Assembly: GCA_051362555.1 (NCBI GenBank)
Contig: CM120641.1
Coordinates: 2,790,001-2,854,000, forward strand
Direction of reading: 5' to 3'
From: Lingula anatina
Lineage: Eukaryota; Animalia; Brachiopoda
DNA length: 64,000 bases
In this document: piece after piece, positions 62,882 through 64,000 of the stretch
Position numbering within the stretch: position 1 is the stretch's first letter
Layout: each line of letters begins with the position of its first letter
The notes under the pieces: generated by a model
The model's database searches: none
What the model saw: the letters and a program-made list of their open reading frames with translations, nothing else
What the model was told of the DNA's origin: nothing
Translations under genes and position numbers: made by a program

Positions 62882-64000
62882 AGTCCATATTCTCAGTTCT
62901 CATTTGCAAAACCCTGGATTTTCACCTCTCTGCAGGCTTGCCATTTGGTCGTGTATTCACACTAAATTGCATAGCAGTGGATCAGTTTGCATCAATTTAG
63001 ATTTTAGTTTGTTTCAATTTTGTATCAGTTTCACCTGGATTTTGAGAGTAGTGAGTGAGATGTTAACTTACAGTCTCCATTACTGAGGTGGGTTTAATTT
63101 GTAATACAGAGTCTACTACAGACCAAAACTCAGGGTTTGTTATTTCAAATATGCCAATTATATGCCTGCCATAGAAAAGGGGTCCAATTTGTCATTTCAT
63201 CAGGAACAGCCATGGGTTGTTGGACACCTTTGACATAGTTTCTCAGAGAAGTTCTCCACATGGAAGCATTTATCGAAGCAGATTCGTATGCTTACATCAT
63301 GAGGTACCACTATTTAAGACTGGACCACTTAAAAGTGCGTCTTTTTGACTGGGACTCTTTGCTGCACTGATTTGAAGTCTTCCAGTTACCAATTAACAAT
63401 TACAGGTTTTTAACTGAGCAGCAAAGTAATATGTTTGTAGATTTTGATATACTTTATTCTTACAATTATGAATTCCTCTTTTATGAAATCATTTTGTAGA
63501 GAAATTTGGATCTTTTGATAGTATTCATTGTACATACTGAGGCATACTTTCTCTTGTGAAAAAGACTATAAGGAAGTGAGTAGATCCACTCCTTAGTCTT
63601 TCATTTAAAAAAAAAAAAAAAAAAAAAAACGCTGTGGAAGATATTTGTTTAACATAAAAATGTCTCATGTTTCAGTACAACGAGAATTTTTTTATCATTT
63701 CGGATATAAAATTTTTAGTGGATGATCCAAGTCTCCAGTGAAATGAACTCGAGATTTAATGTTAATGTAATGGTAAAACATCTACTGATAAAGTGATTTT
63801 GAATGAGTGATGTAGAGCCAGCTTGTAGGTATAATTCCCCCTTATATCATATATGACATATTGTAATGGATAGATGACAAATATGCTAAATAACATCAAC
63901 TTCAGTTTGTGCACAGAATATTTTTGAAACCTGGAGATCATGCAATTCTTAAAAACTTGTGTTAGGATTTTGAGGGTTTTATGGCTATGCAGTTGTTTAA

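Noticed and set aside
63606-63629. A24 tract downstream of the ENT gene
   Set aside because: No TSD or SINE/LINE body is evident. Treated as a mononucleotide microsatellite.

Overview
AT-rich, intron-rich animal genomic DNA, probably a lophotrochozoan such as a mollusc (inferred from the repeat types). Seven spliced protein-coding genes were reconstructed by reading GT-AG junctions by hand: (1) the 3' part of a CMGC-type (DYRK/HIPK-like) Ser/Thr kinase with a long disordered tail (+); (2) LIN52 (-), head-to-head with (3) ALDH6A1/MMSDH (+); (4) a SOCS4/5-like gene (-), head-to-head with (5) WDHD1/AND-1 (+); (6) WDR43/UTP5 (-), head-to-head with (7) an equilibrative nucleoside transporter, probably lysosomal ENT3-like (+). 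Introns carry non-autonomous Helentron-like (HINE/DINE-1-type) elements with internal satellite arrays, some nested in their own family, plus MITE-like foldbacks and a possible Academ-like element. I found no convincing wholly new biological system. The most notable observations are two divergent gene pairs that are also divergent pairs on human chr14, a three-uORF leader on the SOCS gene, a DYRK-like kinase beside LIN52 (a DYRK1A substrate in mammals), repeated micro-duplications of splice sites, and a diverged duplication with a retained hairpin in the long last ALDH6A1 intron. Exon coordinates are manual and may be off by a few bases. No database search was run.
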